A stretch of DNA of 64,000 nt from Eledone cirrhosa (Eukaryota): positions 159,960,001 through 160,024,000 of the forward strand of contig OZ024743.1 of NCBI GenBank assembly GCA_964016885.1, given 5' to 3'. Shown here one piece after another: positions 1-13,895 of this stretch. The notes beneath the pieces are model-generated. The model had not been told where the DNA came from and made no database searches. It was given only the letters and a program-made list of their open reading frames with translations. Every line of letters starts with the position of its first letter. Position 1 is the first letter of the stretch. Made by a program: the position numbers and the translations under genes.

Positions 1-131
1 AATATATGAGCGCTCATTAAAAATTGTCCACACACATACAAAAAACTTCGTCTTTATATATATAGATATATAAACAAACATATATATATATATATATGTG
101 TATATATATGTATATATATATATATATATAT

Positions 132-317
132 ATAGGAACCAGTAAGACCCCGACAGCTGAGCTCAAGCCGTTTCGACGGCTAATTAGAATTAGCCGTCGA
201 AACGGCTTGAGCTCAGCTGTCGGGGTCTTACTGGTTCCTATTACCCACTCTACTACCTCAAGTATTGAGTACTTTGGTGCGTTATGGTCCACCTGGTACC
301 TTACCACATTTCCTTCG

Positions 318-320
<3 letters not shown>
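132..320 (+). mobile_element. Short non-coding fold-back element (family C), 5'-truncated PLE pLTR-like, with inverted 5' arm
   Basis: Arms 132-185 and 188-241 form a perfect hairpin. The 3' part is near-identical to 58368-58502. Carries only a 3' hammerhead half (GAAA-CGGCT..AGCTG-TC-GGGGTC). Flanked by (TA)n on both sides. Confidence 0.75.
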
Positions 321-369
<49 letters not shown>

Positions 370-500
370 GTGGGGGGGGTGTACGTATATATATATAGAC
401 CTATATATATATATATATATTGAAAGGATAACAAGGATGATTGGTTACTCTTTGATTACATTTATTGGTAGGTGAACCTGCAATAACTCCAAGTTACACT

Positions 501-567
<67 letters not shown>

Positions 568-572
<5 letters not shown>

Positions 573-743
573 ACATTAAATAAATGAAAACTATATTTAC
601 AAAACCATATTTATTCTATTATATATATTTCTATGGTACCAAAAAAACTTTGGTACGCTTTAATCAAATAAAATACAAAGAGTGTTTCATAAATTTTGAC
701 ATAGCCAAGGAAATCATACCTTATCAGTGGAATTTTCTTGGGT

Positions 744-745
<2 letters not shown>
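568..745 (-). mobile_element. Family A hammerhead element, degenerate copy
   Basis: Reverse complement resembles 8930-9087 and 38165-38310. Ribozyme core is decayed (TTGATTA for CTGATGA). Lies between (TA)n tracts. Confidence 0.65.
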
Positions 746-839
<94 letters not shown>

Positions 840-1169
840 TACATACATACATATATATATTTATAGTTATTTAGGTTTGTTGGATGACCACTGGATAGAA
901 TTGGTCAATACGTATGGTCAACCTCGTTGTAATTATGTAATTATGGAGAGCACTCAACGTCATGCAACTCACCCGTCTTCGTTTGTGTAGTTGGTGGTGC
1001 GAGAACGGAGTTAATTATTATAAAATAACAGGAGGCTGGACTGGTGTTATTCCCTGAAATGTTTATTATACCATGATTATTTCAATGACCGGGTCCAGTA
1101 TGAATCAGGTGACATCATCAGGTATTCAAAATATAACAAAGGAACATAATAGGGGTCGATCAGTCTTCC

Positions 1170-1560
1170 TTGAGTGCTTGGAAAAATAAATTTCCCCTTC
1201 TTTCGGTAAACGAAATTACTCAGAACGGCTGCTTCGCCCTGGGGCTTTGTCAGACTTGGAACACGCCGCGCCACCGGTTTTGACTGCCAAATAATACCTT
1301 TAAATTCTAGGCTTAATCATAACTATTAACCTTATCATGCCTCTACTAGCACTTAACTAAATCCCCCACTAGTGTGAATAACTAGTAATCGTTTGGTATA
1401 TACGATGACCAGTCGACGGTGGCGGACTTCCCGCTAACACATCCGAGTACTCGGAAAAATAAATTTCCATTTCGTTCGCTAGAGGATAATACTCGGTACA
1501 GCTGACACGCCGTTGGGCCCCGGGCTGGCCGGGGTCCGAAATGTTGCTGGTTATTGACCG
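1170..1560. repeat. Two diverged tandem copies of an unclassified ~110-bp motif
   Basis: GAGTGCTTGGAAAAATAAATTTCC.. at ~1172 resembles GAGTACTCGGAAAAATAAATTTCC.. at ~1445. Confidence 0.45.
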
Positions 1561-1791
1561 CTAAACATGGGCTTAAACTTTACTCTATATTCTACCCTGA
1601 AACTTTATCGTGACTATCTATAATACACTTAAACTTTTTCATAACAGCCTCCTTCTTTAAATTCTTTAACTAAATTTCACAACCTTAAATCTAAACCATA
1701 TTTTTCTAATTTCATCTTAATTGGCATCTTCTAACTCTAAACATAAGATGTAATAATGAACAGCGGCACTGACTCCAGTGTACAGTGTACA

Positions 1792-1850
<59 letters not shown>

Positions 1851-1960
1851 CAGTATTTTCCGTTGTGTTGTAATATAAATATTACACACAGTAGATTATC
1901 AGCTCACGTAGAGTTTGCTCGACGGTTCCAGTTGTAGTTCCAAAAGTAATCCGGAGAAAA

Positions 1961-2714
1961 ATAGAAAGATTTGAATGGATACAGTTTAGTTGAAAGGAAT
2001 TTATTGACACGTGTTTCTATAACAGTTACATAACCTAAAACAGCTATCTACAAACTTTTAGTTATGCAGACATTCAATATTTCAATGTTATTATTTACTG
2101 TCATTTCATCAGAATAATATTACTGAGGGCCTATTTAGTTTTTATAGAGAATATTAGGAGGGAGGAGTGAAGTTGTTAGAAGAATAGTTGAAGGAGTGGT
2201 TTTTCGATAGCAGTGAGAATTCTTGGTGGCAGTGAGTAATTAGATTCCCATCTGTTGTTTTGACATTTTTTATAGAATATATTATTGGTTATTTTTCTAA
2301 ATCTATAGAAGGATTAGAGATAGTGAAGATATGCGTGGTTGGTTTTGTGTTTGCACTTAATTAACATTCAGACTTAAATTTTTCTTTCAAGTGTACGTAT
2401 CCTTTCACCCACGCATTCACACACAAATATATTTGCACACCTCTACAAAATACATATACACACAATTCACATATTCATACTTACATATATATACACATGC
2501 ATACACATATATACACACATGTATTTATGTACATACATACGCGCTCATGTGTATACATTTTCATACTCAACTTATCTTTATATACACACGTATAGACACA
2601 CACATATATACATACATACTCTACTCCATGTGTACACACATACACATACATACACATCCATATACACATATATACATACATACATATACATACATATATA
2701 TATATATATATATA

Positions 2715-2776
<62 letters not shown>

Positions 2777-3250
2777 TACACATACACACACATACACACA
2801 TATACATATATATATATATATAAGCACTTTAATACATGAACACACTTACATCTAACTATACACATCAAACATATATATATATTTACTTATTTATATACAT
2901 TTTCACATATATATACATACTTATGGACGTTTTTAGACACATTCATTATCGCATATTTGTACCTATTCTCATCAGCATATCTTTTCATTATTAGTATGGT
3001 AATTTAAGGTTATTAATATATGTTGAGAAGAGATTGTTTTTATATTTTTCTAACTAGATTAAGGTTTATATAGTTGGGGGATGTCCCTCTTTTATGTAAT
3101 ATTCGGCTTGTAGTGGGAAAAAAGGGTTTTAGTTCTGTGACGGCAGAATAATGTTCGTTCAATTCTGTTATTCAGCAGTTTCTTCTTGTGTGTGATTATG
3201 TAATAAATCTCAAGATTACACAATTTGCAGAAATTTTGGCTCCTGGAAAA
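1961..3250. repeat. Left arm of 1290-bp inverted repeat (pLTR)
   Basis: Reverse complement of 5380-6669. About 3 substitutions seen by eye; embedded microsatellite lengths are identical (mirror ORFs in the track are identical). Confidence 0.95.
2001..2117 (-). ncRNA. Type I hammerhead ribozyme with extended stem II (PLE 3' UTR)
   Basis: Mirror of 6513-6629. Confidence 0.7.
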
Positions 3251-5347
3251 GCTTTGGGTTTTAGCTAATTTTTCCCATTTTAGGGTAAACTTTTGATCGC
3301 TATCCCTGAGCGTCCAAGCTTTTTCTGCTAGAGTTGTTACATTTCTTTGGCTCTGGTGTTTTATTGAGTAAGAATGCCTATACAATCGAGATTTAAACGT
3401 TGTTGCCGTTGATCCCACGTAATACCACTCGTTGCCTCCGGATTTAATGGTACACTTATAAATAATATTTTTTTCCAGGCAGTTATTGCCGAGGGGGCAG
3501 TTGTCAGGATAGGTGCAGTTACAGTTGTGTACGTTGGGTTTTCTCTGGAGTAGTATTGCGGACGAACTTAGGTGTGGTTTATTTATGTTCTGTAGTGTAT
3601 TGTCTACTGTTTTTTTTGTGTTCTTTGTACTTAAGTTCTTAGTGTTTTCGTTTAACCTTCTAGTATTGATCTTTTTTATGTGTTGTTCAAGGTTTAACGC
3701 TGTAGAGTATGACAGTCTTATAGTGGTAGGGTTTAGGATTTTCTGGTATTTGTGTGATGTGGGAAAATGTCTTTTAATTATTTTAAAGAAGAGTACTGGT
3801 AAATTTGTACTAATGGAGCTATTGTATTCGGGGTTATACCATAAGTACTCTTTGCATCGCTTTCTATTAGTTTTGTTTGTTGGTTTACTGGTGTGCATAC
3901 TATGGTAGTAAGTGTGGTTTGGTGTTGTGTTATTATATCTACCTATGTGGGATTTATTTTGGGTGTTTTGATTGTTCCCATCTATGTACTCTATTTTGTT
4001 GAGGTAGCCTGCTTTACTAAGGGCGTTATCGTAGTACTCGGCGTGTTCCTTAAATACTTGTATGTTAGAAGATAGACCCGAGATTCTAAGGGAAATATTT
4101 TTAGGGATAGATTTAATTATAGGGAAGGGGTGGTTAGACCCAACGTTTACGTATTTGAGATTTTCATTCAATTTATGAAACGGTTTAATCAAACCAGAGT
4201 TTAAATTGAGTGTGACATCCAGGAAGTTAACTACTTTAAGGTTGTATTCATATGTTATAGTTAGTCCTATTTCGAGTAGTAGTTTTCTTATATCTTTGCG
4301 TAGTTTTTCTAGTTTTTGGTTATTAAGGTTTTTAGCTAGGAGGAGAACATCGTCGCGGTATATTCCGCCGTGGAGATTGCTGAATTTTTCCTGGAGTCTA
4401 AAGGCGATAAATAACCCCACAATATCAGTTATTTCCGCCGAATCGTTAGAGCCCATTGTTATGTCAAAGTTAGAGGGTCTATCTTTACGTACCCAATAAC
4501 TGTTCTCAAATTTGACTATAGTTTTCCTAGCTTCTAATATAATCTTAATTTCATCGTTTGTAAGGTCAGAGTTATCCTTAGCAAACTTAATGGCTCTATT
4601 CAAAGTTTCAGGTGATATCGATGAGTAATATTCATCGATATCAAACTGGATAAACTTAGATTTATTCTTATTGCTAATGCTATTAAACCATCTTATTGCT
4701 TCCTGGGTCTTCCCCCAGAGTTTAATGTTAACCTTAGCCTTAATTTGGGGGATGATTCTATCTAAGATATATTTGCTTATTTTACCTATATCTGATTTAG
4801 AGGGGCAGATTAATCTAATTTTAGGGTCATTATCAAAGTTTACCTTGTGGTCCTTAAGATTGAAGGTGGGTACCGCCGGTAAGAGTGGTCCTGTCCTATC
4901 TTCGATTCCGAGATTTTTCACTATTTCGCATGCCTCATCATTGATGTGCTTAAGGGTTACTTCACTCGTTTTTCTATATTTTTTATGTAATTCTTTTCGA
5001 ATGAAGTTGTTGTATGTAGTGCAATCCATAGTGTACAGGTTTGATGTTTTGTCCGCTTTTACTACAATTCCTTTGGTGTTTTTAAGGTCGTCCAGTAGTT
5101 TTTTTATATCTTTCTGTAATTTGCTGTTGGTGTTGCGTCCTTTGAATTTAATTTTAAGGATTAAGTTCATAAGGTCCTGCTCAAATGCATCTAATAGTGG
5201 GTTGGTGGGTGGGTTTTTACAAGTCCTAAAACCGAATTTGTTGTTTACACCACTTTCTAATGTTGAGTTCATACGGCTTCTATCATAGTGGAGCGTTTTC
5301 CACCTGACACGTCGAATGAATTCATTAGTTTTTTGAATCATGCTCAA
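3092..5347 (-). CDS. PLE reverse transcriptase + C-terminal GIY-YIG endonuclease (751 aa, no internal stops)
   Basis: KADK, QFDIDEYYSSI, MGS, YRDD, NFLDVTL, WYNPEY, CNCx5CPLxxxCL, IIY...YVGST..FKSR, CKLC, CRH. The frame upstream of the called start reads WKNIP..EY..QKTNEFIRRVRWK, typical of Naiad-type N-termini. First ATG at 5341. Confidence 0.93.
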   Translation of the reverse strand: MSMIQKTNEFIRRVRWKTLHYDRSRMNSTLESGVNNKFGFRTCKNPPTNPLLDAFEQDLMNLILKIKFKGRNTNSKLQKDIKKLLDDLKNTKGIVVKADKTSNLYTMDCTTYNNFIRKELHKKYRKTSEVTLKHINDEACEIVKNLGIEDRTGPLLPAVPTFNLKDHKVNFDNDPKIRLICPSKSDIGKISKYILDRIIPQIKAKVNIKLWGKTQEAIRWFNSISNKNKSKFIQFDIDEYYSSISPETLNRAIKFAKDNSDLTNDEIKIILEARKTIVKFENSYWVRKDRPSNFDITMGSNDSAEITDIVGLFIAFRLQEKFSNLHGGIYRDDVLLLAKNLNNQKLEKLRKDIRKLLLEIGLTITYEYNLKVVNFLDVTLNLNSGLIKPFHKLNENLKYVNVGSNHPFPIIKSIPKNISLRISGLSSNIQVFKEHAEYYDNALSKAGYLNKIEYIDGNNQNTQNKSHIGRYNNTTPNHTYYHSMHTSKPTNKTNRKRCKEYLWYNPEYNSSISTNLPVLFFKIIKRHFPTSHKYQKILNPTTIRLSYSTALNLEQHIKKINTRRLNENTKNLSTKNTKKTVDNTLQNINKPHLSSSAILLQRKPNVHNCNCTYPDNCPLGNNCLEKNIIYKCTIKSGGNEWYYVGSTATTFKSRLYRHSYSIKHQSQRNVTTLAEKAWTLRDSDQKFTLKWEKLAKTQSFSRSQNFCKLCNLEIYYIITHKKKLLNNRIERTLFCRHRTKTLFSHYKPNIT

Positions 5348-5379
5348 TAAATATTCCTTTCTACCCTGGGTTGGTATGT

Positions 5380-6769
<1,390 letters not shown>

Positions 6770-6835
6770 CTATATATGTATATATGTATATATATATATA
6801 TGTTTTTATATGTGTATATATATATGTATATATAT

Positions 6836-7442
6836 GTCAGGTCACCAGTTGGTGATACTAGTAACATGTATCCCAGTACAACCTGCCTCATGGTCCGGTC
6901 GTTGGCGACTAAACTGGCAACCCCACCAAGATGTCTTGGTGAGGAGGGTGACTTTGGACATCCTGCAGGACTAAAAACAAAACCTGTTAAAGGACAAAGG
7001 AGCTCTTAAGAGTCAATAGCCATTAAAAATCACCCAGAGGGATGACCCCTTAGCCTTTGTCAAGGCAGAATTCTAGGAGAAGGTAAACTCTGATATAACA
7101 CCTGCAACCCTGATGGTATCCAACGATGTTGACTTGTTCTTCTTTTTGGTAAATATTATCTTGGTTAAGAGAGTGGGACTGGCTTTGTGCAGTGCCTTTG
7201 CTCACTATAAAAGCTTCACGGCACAGGTATTGCTTTATATATGGAGATCTCTCTGCTCTTGAAATCACATGGTACCATGGGCCCAGCACTATGTATCAAT
7301 AATTGTCACAAGTGTAGTGTTTGTACCAGAGTTTTCAGGTCTCTGGCTGGACTAAAAAGTCACACTCGTTCAGCGCATCGGTGGGGGTTCTCCTACATGG
7401 ATATAAGTAGTGGCCGTACTCGAAAACGAGTTGGCAGCCACC
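6836..7442 (+). mobile_element. Non-autonomous RTE-LINE derivative (SINE-like), copy 1
   Basis: ~607 bp, highly similar to 9117-9724 with identical ends. The 3' part encodes CSVCTRVFRSLAGLKSHTRSAH, like the C-terminal C2H2 finger of RTE ORFs. Inserted in TA-rich microsatellite. Confidence 0.7.
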
Positions 7443-7471
7443 ATATATATATATATATGTATATCTATATA

Positions 7472-7548
<77 letters not shown>

Positions 7549-8710
7549 CTTACCCAGTTATTGAACGCTCTGGGCGGTAGATATCTTGTCTTTAAAATGT
7601 GGAAATATCCGAGCCCCCCCCCCCCCCAGTAGACAACTGATGAGGAAAACTCCCGTTCTTGCTTTCTTCTTATTCTCACTCCATTTTAAGCTACCTTAAC
7701 TAGCAACTACACAGCCAATCCTATTCTCCATATATGTTATCATGTTTCGCTGTGATCAGTCTTCTCTCTCTTTCTACCTACCTATTTCGTTACTATCTAC
7801 TCTTACCCCTCTTTCTTCCTCTCACTTTCTCCCTCTTACTTACACTCATCCCCTCTCTGCCAGTCACCTCATTGTTTCCCTCGCCTGACCTCTAGCCGTC
7901 CTTTTCTCACTTACACTCGCTGGGGTCAGACATGTCTTTTCCCTCTCTCACACCCTCTTGAAATTAAGTTCTCTTATCGCTGTGGTCTTGGATTTTCCTA
8001 CCTTAAGTTGTTTGCACATTGCTCGGTTTGTTTGTTTGTTTTTTCCGCTGTTTTCACTTCTATTTTCAATTCTATTTTCAATTCTTTTGTATATGTATAG
8101 TCTATTTGGAAGAAATATTCCAGACATTATATGTATGGAATATTTCTTCCTAATAGACTATATAGACATCAATACATATATATGCTTAATATCACTAACC
8201 TATGCATAAATATAAGGAATACTATCTAAATACATATACAAAAGATTTTTTATCTTAGAAAATATCTAGTTATATGATACTGTAAAATCATATATAAAAT
8301 AATATATATTTTTTACATATATTTTACATATAACTTAATTAGAATATTTTTTGAAAGTAAATTCTAGAATTAGACGGTAAATATAAATATTTTAACTAAG
8401 AAATAATGGAGTTATCTTTTACTTTATAATGTAACACGCTTACACATTTCTTCTAAGTAACAACTAAACTTTACATAAATATTAAAATTTTGTTGAGTAA
8501 TTTTCGCTAACTTCGTAAATTGTAAATGTATTCCTATCTTGATGCAACTATTGAATCTACAAAATAACCTTCTATAATAAAAAAGAACTTTACTTTACAC
8601 TCATTAACATATTCATCCTAAGATTTGAATTTCTTTCACTATTCAAGCAGAACTTAAAACAATAAGTTTCTTGTTCTTGAATATGTCACTATCTATGAAA
8701 CAACTTTTGT

Positions 8711-8774
8711 ATTTTATCTGATGAGCGCGTACCAGAAAAAAATGTTGGTACCCTTGAAATATATATAATAAAAT
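8711..8774 (+). ncRNA. Type I hammerhead ribozyme (family A)
   Basis: ATTTTAT-CTGATGA-gcgcGTACCA..TGGTACcctt-GAAA-TATATA-TA-ATAAAAT. Stem I is 7 bp; the base of stem II is imperfect. Confidence 0.65.
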
Positions 8775-8979
8775 AAATATGGTCTTATACAGATAGTTTT
8801 CAATTAATAATATTATTGATATCATACTCCAGAAGAAACTCTAGAGTGCTTCGAATCTGTTATAAATAAATGTGTTGAATAACCAACAAATTAACTCTAT
8901 GCTTCCACTATCCACAGAATATCCAACTGATAAGTTATGATTTTCCTGGCTATGTCTCTATTTATAAAACAAACTTTGT

Positions 8980-9040
8980 ATTTTATCTGAAGAAAGCGTA
9001 CCAAAGTGTTTTGGGACCCTTGAGATATATATAATAAAAT
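8980..9040 (+). ncRNA. Degenerate family A hammerhead
   Basis: CTGAAGA core present but GAAA has become GAGA. Confidence 0.45.
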
Positions 9041-9080
9041 AAGTATGGTTTTATAAATATAGTTTCCATTTAATTAATAT

Positions 9081-9116
<36 letters not shown>

Positions 9117-9119
<3 letters not shown>

Positions 9120-9722
9120 AGGTCACCAGTTGGTGCTACTGGTAACATGTATTCCAGTACAACCTGTCCCATGGTCGGGTCGTTGGCGACTAAACTGGCA
9201 ACCCCACCAAGGTTTCTTGGTGAGGAGGGTGACTTTGGACATCCTGCAGGACTAAAAACAAAACCTGTCAAAAGGCAAAGGAGCTCTTAAGAGTCAATGG
9301 CCATCCAAAATCACCGGGAGAGATGACCCCTTAGCCTTTGTCAAGGCAGAATTCTAGGAGAAGGAAAACTCTGATATAACACCTGCAACCCTGATGGTAT
9401 CCAATGATGTTGACTTGTTCTTCTTTTTGGTAAATATCATCTTGGTCAAGAGAGTGGGACTGGCTTTGTGCAGTGCCTTTGCTCACTATAAAAGCTTCAC
9501 GGCACAGGCATTGCTTTATATCTGGAGATCTCTCTGCATTTGTCGTCACATGGTACCATGGGCCCAGCACTATGTGTCAATAATTGTCACAAGTGTAGTG
9601 TTTGTACCAGAGCTTTCAAGTCGCTGGCTGGACTAAAAAGTCACACTCGTTCAGCGCATCAGTAGGGGTTCTCCTACATGGATATAAAGTAGTGGCCGTA
9701 CTCGAAAACGAGTTGGCAGCCA

Positions 9723-9724
<2 letters not shown>
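9117..9724 (+). mobile_element. Non-autonomous RTE-LINE derivative (SINE-like), copy 2
   Basis: Direct repeat of 6836-7442; (TA)n on both sides. Confidence 0.7.
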
Positions 9725-9786
<62 letters not shown>

Positions 9787-9794
<8 letters not shown>

Positions 9795-10330
9795 TAAAAT
9801 AACGGATTAAAGTTTAAGCAAAGAATCGCTGCTTTCACCCTTAACGGGATCTTCTGAAACTAACAAAGTCAATCTGTGAACGCAGAAGTGAATATTTCAA
9901 AAAACGTTGCAACCGGAGGAACACAGGAAGACGATACTTTGTTTCGTGGAAACGTTACCTGGCAAAGAACGGGAAAAAACGATATACAATACGTCATTAT
10001 TTGAAGCGGTGAAAAACTCGCAAAGACAAAACCACGTTTATGGTATAAAAGAAGTCGTAGACTCATATTCTATTAGGTGGTTCATAGAGACGTTCTCTGG
10101 CAATGAACAGAAAAAACGAAGATAATACGTCATATGTGGGCGTGGAGAACAATTGCACGCAAAGACAAAACCACGTAAATGGTATAACTGAAGTCGTGCC
10201 ATTTATGTTTACAAGCCGAAATTGGCTCAGATTTTTTGTTTCAGATGTGGTCTTTGGTGCAGAGCATTTCCAGGGCCTCAGCGGCACAGAGGTCATATGG
10301 TCTTTTATTACGTTATGCCATCTAGCCCTA
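9787..10330 (-). mobile_element. Family B pLTR-like repeat
   Basis: Shares sequence with 40741-40860, 53358-53545, 58190-58226 and 59553-59590. Has an internal duplication (AAAGACAAAACCACGT..GAAGTCGT at ~10022 and ~10161). Right boundary is uncertain. Confidence 0.55.
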
Positions 10331-10461
10331 GCTGGGATCTCCCAGTGTAACTTCTATTGGGTGTGGTTGTCTTTTAGACTCCAGATATAAGCTGAAAGTG
10401 ACGTCATATTCCTTCTTAAAGGGTAACGAAAAGAATGGGTATGCAGGTAAAGACGCTGCTT

Positions 10462-10901
10462 GATTCACCGAACATTTATTATAATGCTCGGTGTGTTTGT
10501 AAACAAACATCCCGTATTAAGCCGTAGTGTCAAGCAACCATCGTTGCTCGTTTGTTCAACACTGACAAAGGAACGCTGTACTAGTATCAAGCTTATTAGC
10601 TATCGTCAGCAACGTATACCTTCCTGCCAGAATGCTGAACGTATATACTTACCTTATGCATATTAACAGCTGAGAAGCCCAATTTGCATATCGAGTGGGT
10701 TAATCGGCCGGGTGCACCGAAAACGATAAACGGAAAAAATGAAACGAAATTTCATTTCCCACTCTTAGTACGGCTGTTACTTAAATATAAGTATGTACAC
10801 GTACATTCATATATGTATACAGACGTAGAGTAGTATGTATATATATATATACATACATACATCCACACATATACATATGTACGTATGGATTCACCGAACA
10901 T
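10462..10901 (-). mobile_element. Family D retrozyme-like monomer (426 bp + 14-bp terminal redundancy)
   Basis: GATTCACCGAACAT at both 10462-10475 and 10888-10901. Contains a hammerhead and an ATGCAAAT octamer. Homologous to 26840-27124 in permuted order. Confidence 0.75.
10573..10615 (-). ncRNA. Degenerate type I hammerhead (family D)
   Basis: ACGTTG-CTGACGA-TAGCT aata AGCTT-GATA-CTAG-TA-CAGCGT; GAAA has become GATA. Confidence 0.55.
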
Positions 10902-10910
10902 AAGCACATA

Positions 10911-11009
<99 letters not shown>

Positions 11010-11034
11010 TATATCATGGAATTTCATTATATAG

Positions 11035-11083
<49 letters not shown>

Positions 11084-11093
<10 letters not shown>

Positions 11094-11579
11094 TAAACGG
11101 AATAGAAAATGCTGACAAATTGTTCACAGTTGAAAAATGGTTTAATTAGGAATAAAAGAGTATTAGTGATTGTATGGGTTAGTATTCAGTTGTGGTTTTA
11201 AGTTTTTAAGTTTTTACCGGTTGCGCATTTCTAAATGCTTTTCAAAAATAATTTTGAGATAGAGTGTCCGTGATGTTTGCTCTGATCTGATTAGTTTTGG
11301 GAATTCTACCTGTTTTTATGTTAAAAAAGTGGCTCCAGCGTTACTTTGGTGTTGCAAAAATTCTTGTGGTCAGAACAATTTTGATTGGTCGGTAGAGGTC
11401 ATGTGAATGTAAAAAATTGATTTTGCGCCAAGACTGTTTTTATGTTAAAAAAGTGGCTCCAGCGCTACTTGGTGTTTGCAAAATTCTTGTGGTCAAAACA
11501 ATTTTGATTGGTCGGTAGAGGTCATGTGAATAAAAAATTGGTTTTGCGCCAAGATTGAGAAATGACTCTTTCACAACAA

Positions 11580-11619
<40 letters not shown>

Positions 11620-11683
11620 GTAGTAAGATGTTCGATGTTGTGATAATGGTTAGCAGGGATGTGTGTCTAATGGCTATTAAGAT

Positions 11684-11736
<53 letters not shown>

Positions 11737-12298
11737 GCAGAGTAATTCGTGGTAGCAGGGATGGTCAGTAAGAATGTGTCTGAAAGCAATGGGGGGTATT
11801 TTAGCATGTCAAAAGATATTTCTCAATCTTGGCGCAAAACCAATTTTTTATTCACATGACCTCTACCGACCAATCAAAATTGTTTTGACCACAAGAATTT
11901 TGCAAACACCAAGTAGCGCTGGAGCCACTTTTTTAACATAAAAACAGTCTTGGCGCAAAATCAATTTTTTACATTCACATGACCTCTACCGACCAATCAA
12001 AATTGTTTTGACCACAAGAATTTTTGCAACACCAAAGTAACGCTGGAGCCACTTTTTTAACATAAAAAACAGGTAGAATTCCCAAAACTAATCAGATCAG
12101 AGCAAACAGCACGGACACTCTATCTCAAAATTATTTTTGAAAAGCATTTAGAAATGCGCAACTGGTAAAAACTTAAAAACTTAAAACCACAACTGAATAC
12201 TAACCCATACAATCACTAATACTCTTTTATTCCTAATTAAACCATTTTTCAACTGTGAACAATTTGTCAGCATTTTCTATTCCGTTTACCAATATATA
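11084..12298. mobile_element. Fold-back element with ~480-bp inverted arms (probable PLE 3' end)
   Basis: 11084-11563 mirrors 11818-12298. Each arm has a ~120-bp internal tandem duplication. The + arm reads ..LKPQLN.. like PLE C-termini (weak). Flanked by (TA)n. Confidence 0.65.
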
Positions 12299-12311
12299 AT
12301 AACTATTCTTT

Positions 12312-12370
<59 letters not shown>

Positions 12371-12682
12371 ATAAGTTCCCTGTGTCCACGCATCGCCTGG
12401 TAACTTAGCTGAGAACAGACTTCCTGATGACGAAACGGCTTATCCATGCTTTCCATTGGAAACCATGTTTATTCTCTTTCAGAAACTAATTAGTTGGAGT
12501 GAAATTTTAGTAAGTAAGTTAAGTTTTATAATTTTCTTATTTTACGTCTTTCATATAATTGTTCTGCATCCCCTTGCATTGAACCACAAAGTTACTAAGA
12601 CAAAACCTATATATTTGCTAGCATAGGTATGCATCTGTATATATATGTTGGTAGATATACTAATTCTTTATATATACAAATA

Positions 12683-12726
<44 letters not shown>

Positions 12727-13895
12727 TATAGGCATATAATGAAATTTCATTCAAAGCTTTTTCTTCGGTATGTGTGAAAATGTTTGTATAGTTATTTCTT
12801 GTATGTATTTTGGTTCTTTTTCTCAGTGGCTGAAGTGGGCAAATTCTATGTTACATATGCCCTTGATCATGAAAGGGGGCATAAAGCCACCTACATGAAT
12901 GACATTTGCACCTAATGATGTCATTTAGAATGCATTAATTTAGTTCTGGATATTTTGAAGAATTCGTCTTGATTCTGTAGTTGAACAACCTGCAGTCCAC
13001 TCAAGGTTCCTGCTCATTCAGGTAATAATCTAATCTTAATCTTTCCAATCCAGTACAATCCACCTGTGTCACTATTCTATTAACACTATAATTTGGACAA
13101 TTTTATTCATTGAGGGAATTCGAATTAAATGTTCTGAAGCATAGTCTTGAATATGGATTATAACTAAAAGCAGCAAAGTTCCACTCAGCAACCTTTTTAA
13201 ATCGTAAATCTTCTCTTCTTGCTCTCTGTACCCATAGCCTCTGAGTTGTTTGAGCTTCAGTTTCTTTCTGCCGCCTTTGAGCTGCTCTATTTCCATTGCC
13301 CTATCATCAACAAGTCTTTTTGATCTTTGTTCCCCTGATTAATCCTGTCTATTCTGCGCGCTTCTTATTCTTTTTTGTTGAAGCCTTGATGATATTTGTC
13401 AAACTGATTCATCCTGTCTGTTTTGTGCTGACGTTTCGTAGATCTAATTCCTTTAGATGATTAGTTGCTTCTTTGTCCTATCATCAGCAAGCCTTTTTAA
13501 TATTTGCTCTTCTGATTAATTTTGCCAATATTTCGCTGTTGTTGTTCTTTGATTTTAGTGTCTTTCTTGTTTCCTTTTCCCTTTGTTTCATTCTCCCTTT
13601 GTAGATGTTTTACCATAGATTTATGAGACTTTCTTAAAATGAAGGTCGAATCTCCGATGGCAATTTATATTTGCAACTTCCAATGTCGCAATTATTATTT
13701 AAAAATTAAATGTTTTTCTGTTAGTAATGGATCTAAGTCGTGTCCAATTTTGTTAAATGGGAACTCACCTTCACTGATGTTTCGGAAACAACAAAAACTG
13801 ATAGAAATGAATATGCAAAAAATATTCATAAGTGTTATTTTTAGCAGCCAGAGGAAGGATTTTCTCCACCTGCTGACCGACAACTTGACGTTGCC

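Larger units (their letters stand above)
8675..9087 (+). mobile_element. Family A hammerhead element, partial tandem (period 269 bp)
   Basis: Hammerhead cores at 8718 and 8987 with homologous flanks. Confidence 0.75.

Noticed and set aside
1067-1125. Minus-strand hammerhead-like motif
   Set aside because: Weak stem II and G at the cleavage position; counted only as a possible remnant.
3092-5347. Selenocysteine recoding as in some Naiad elements
   Set aside because: No in-frame TGA; all conserved Cys positions are ordinary Cys codons; ends at TAA.
7241-7564. C2H2 zinc-finger gene
   Set aside because: A single finger inside a repeated ~607-bp element; matches the RTE ORF C-terminus.
7633-7655. 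Hammerhead at CTGATGAGGAAAACTCC
   Set aside because: No GAAA or stem III after the hairpin; at best a deleted remnant.
11320-11553. CRISPR-like or satellite array
   Set aside because: Only two ~120-bp tandem units with no spacers, in a eukaryotic context.
12420-12476. CTGATGA...GAAACCATG hammerhead-like motif
   Set aside because: Stems I and II cannot be formed convincingly.
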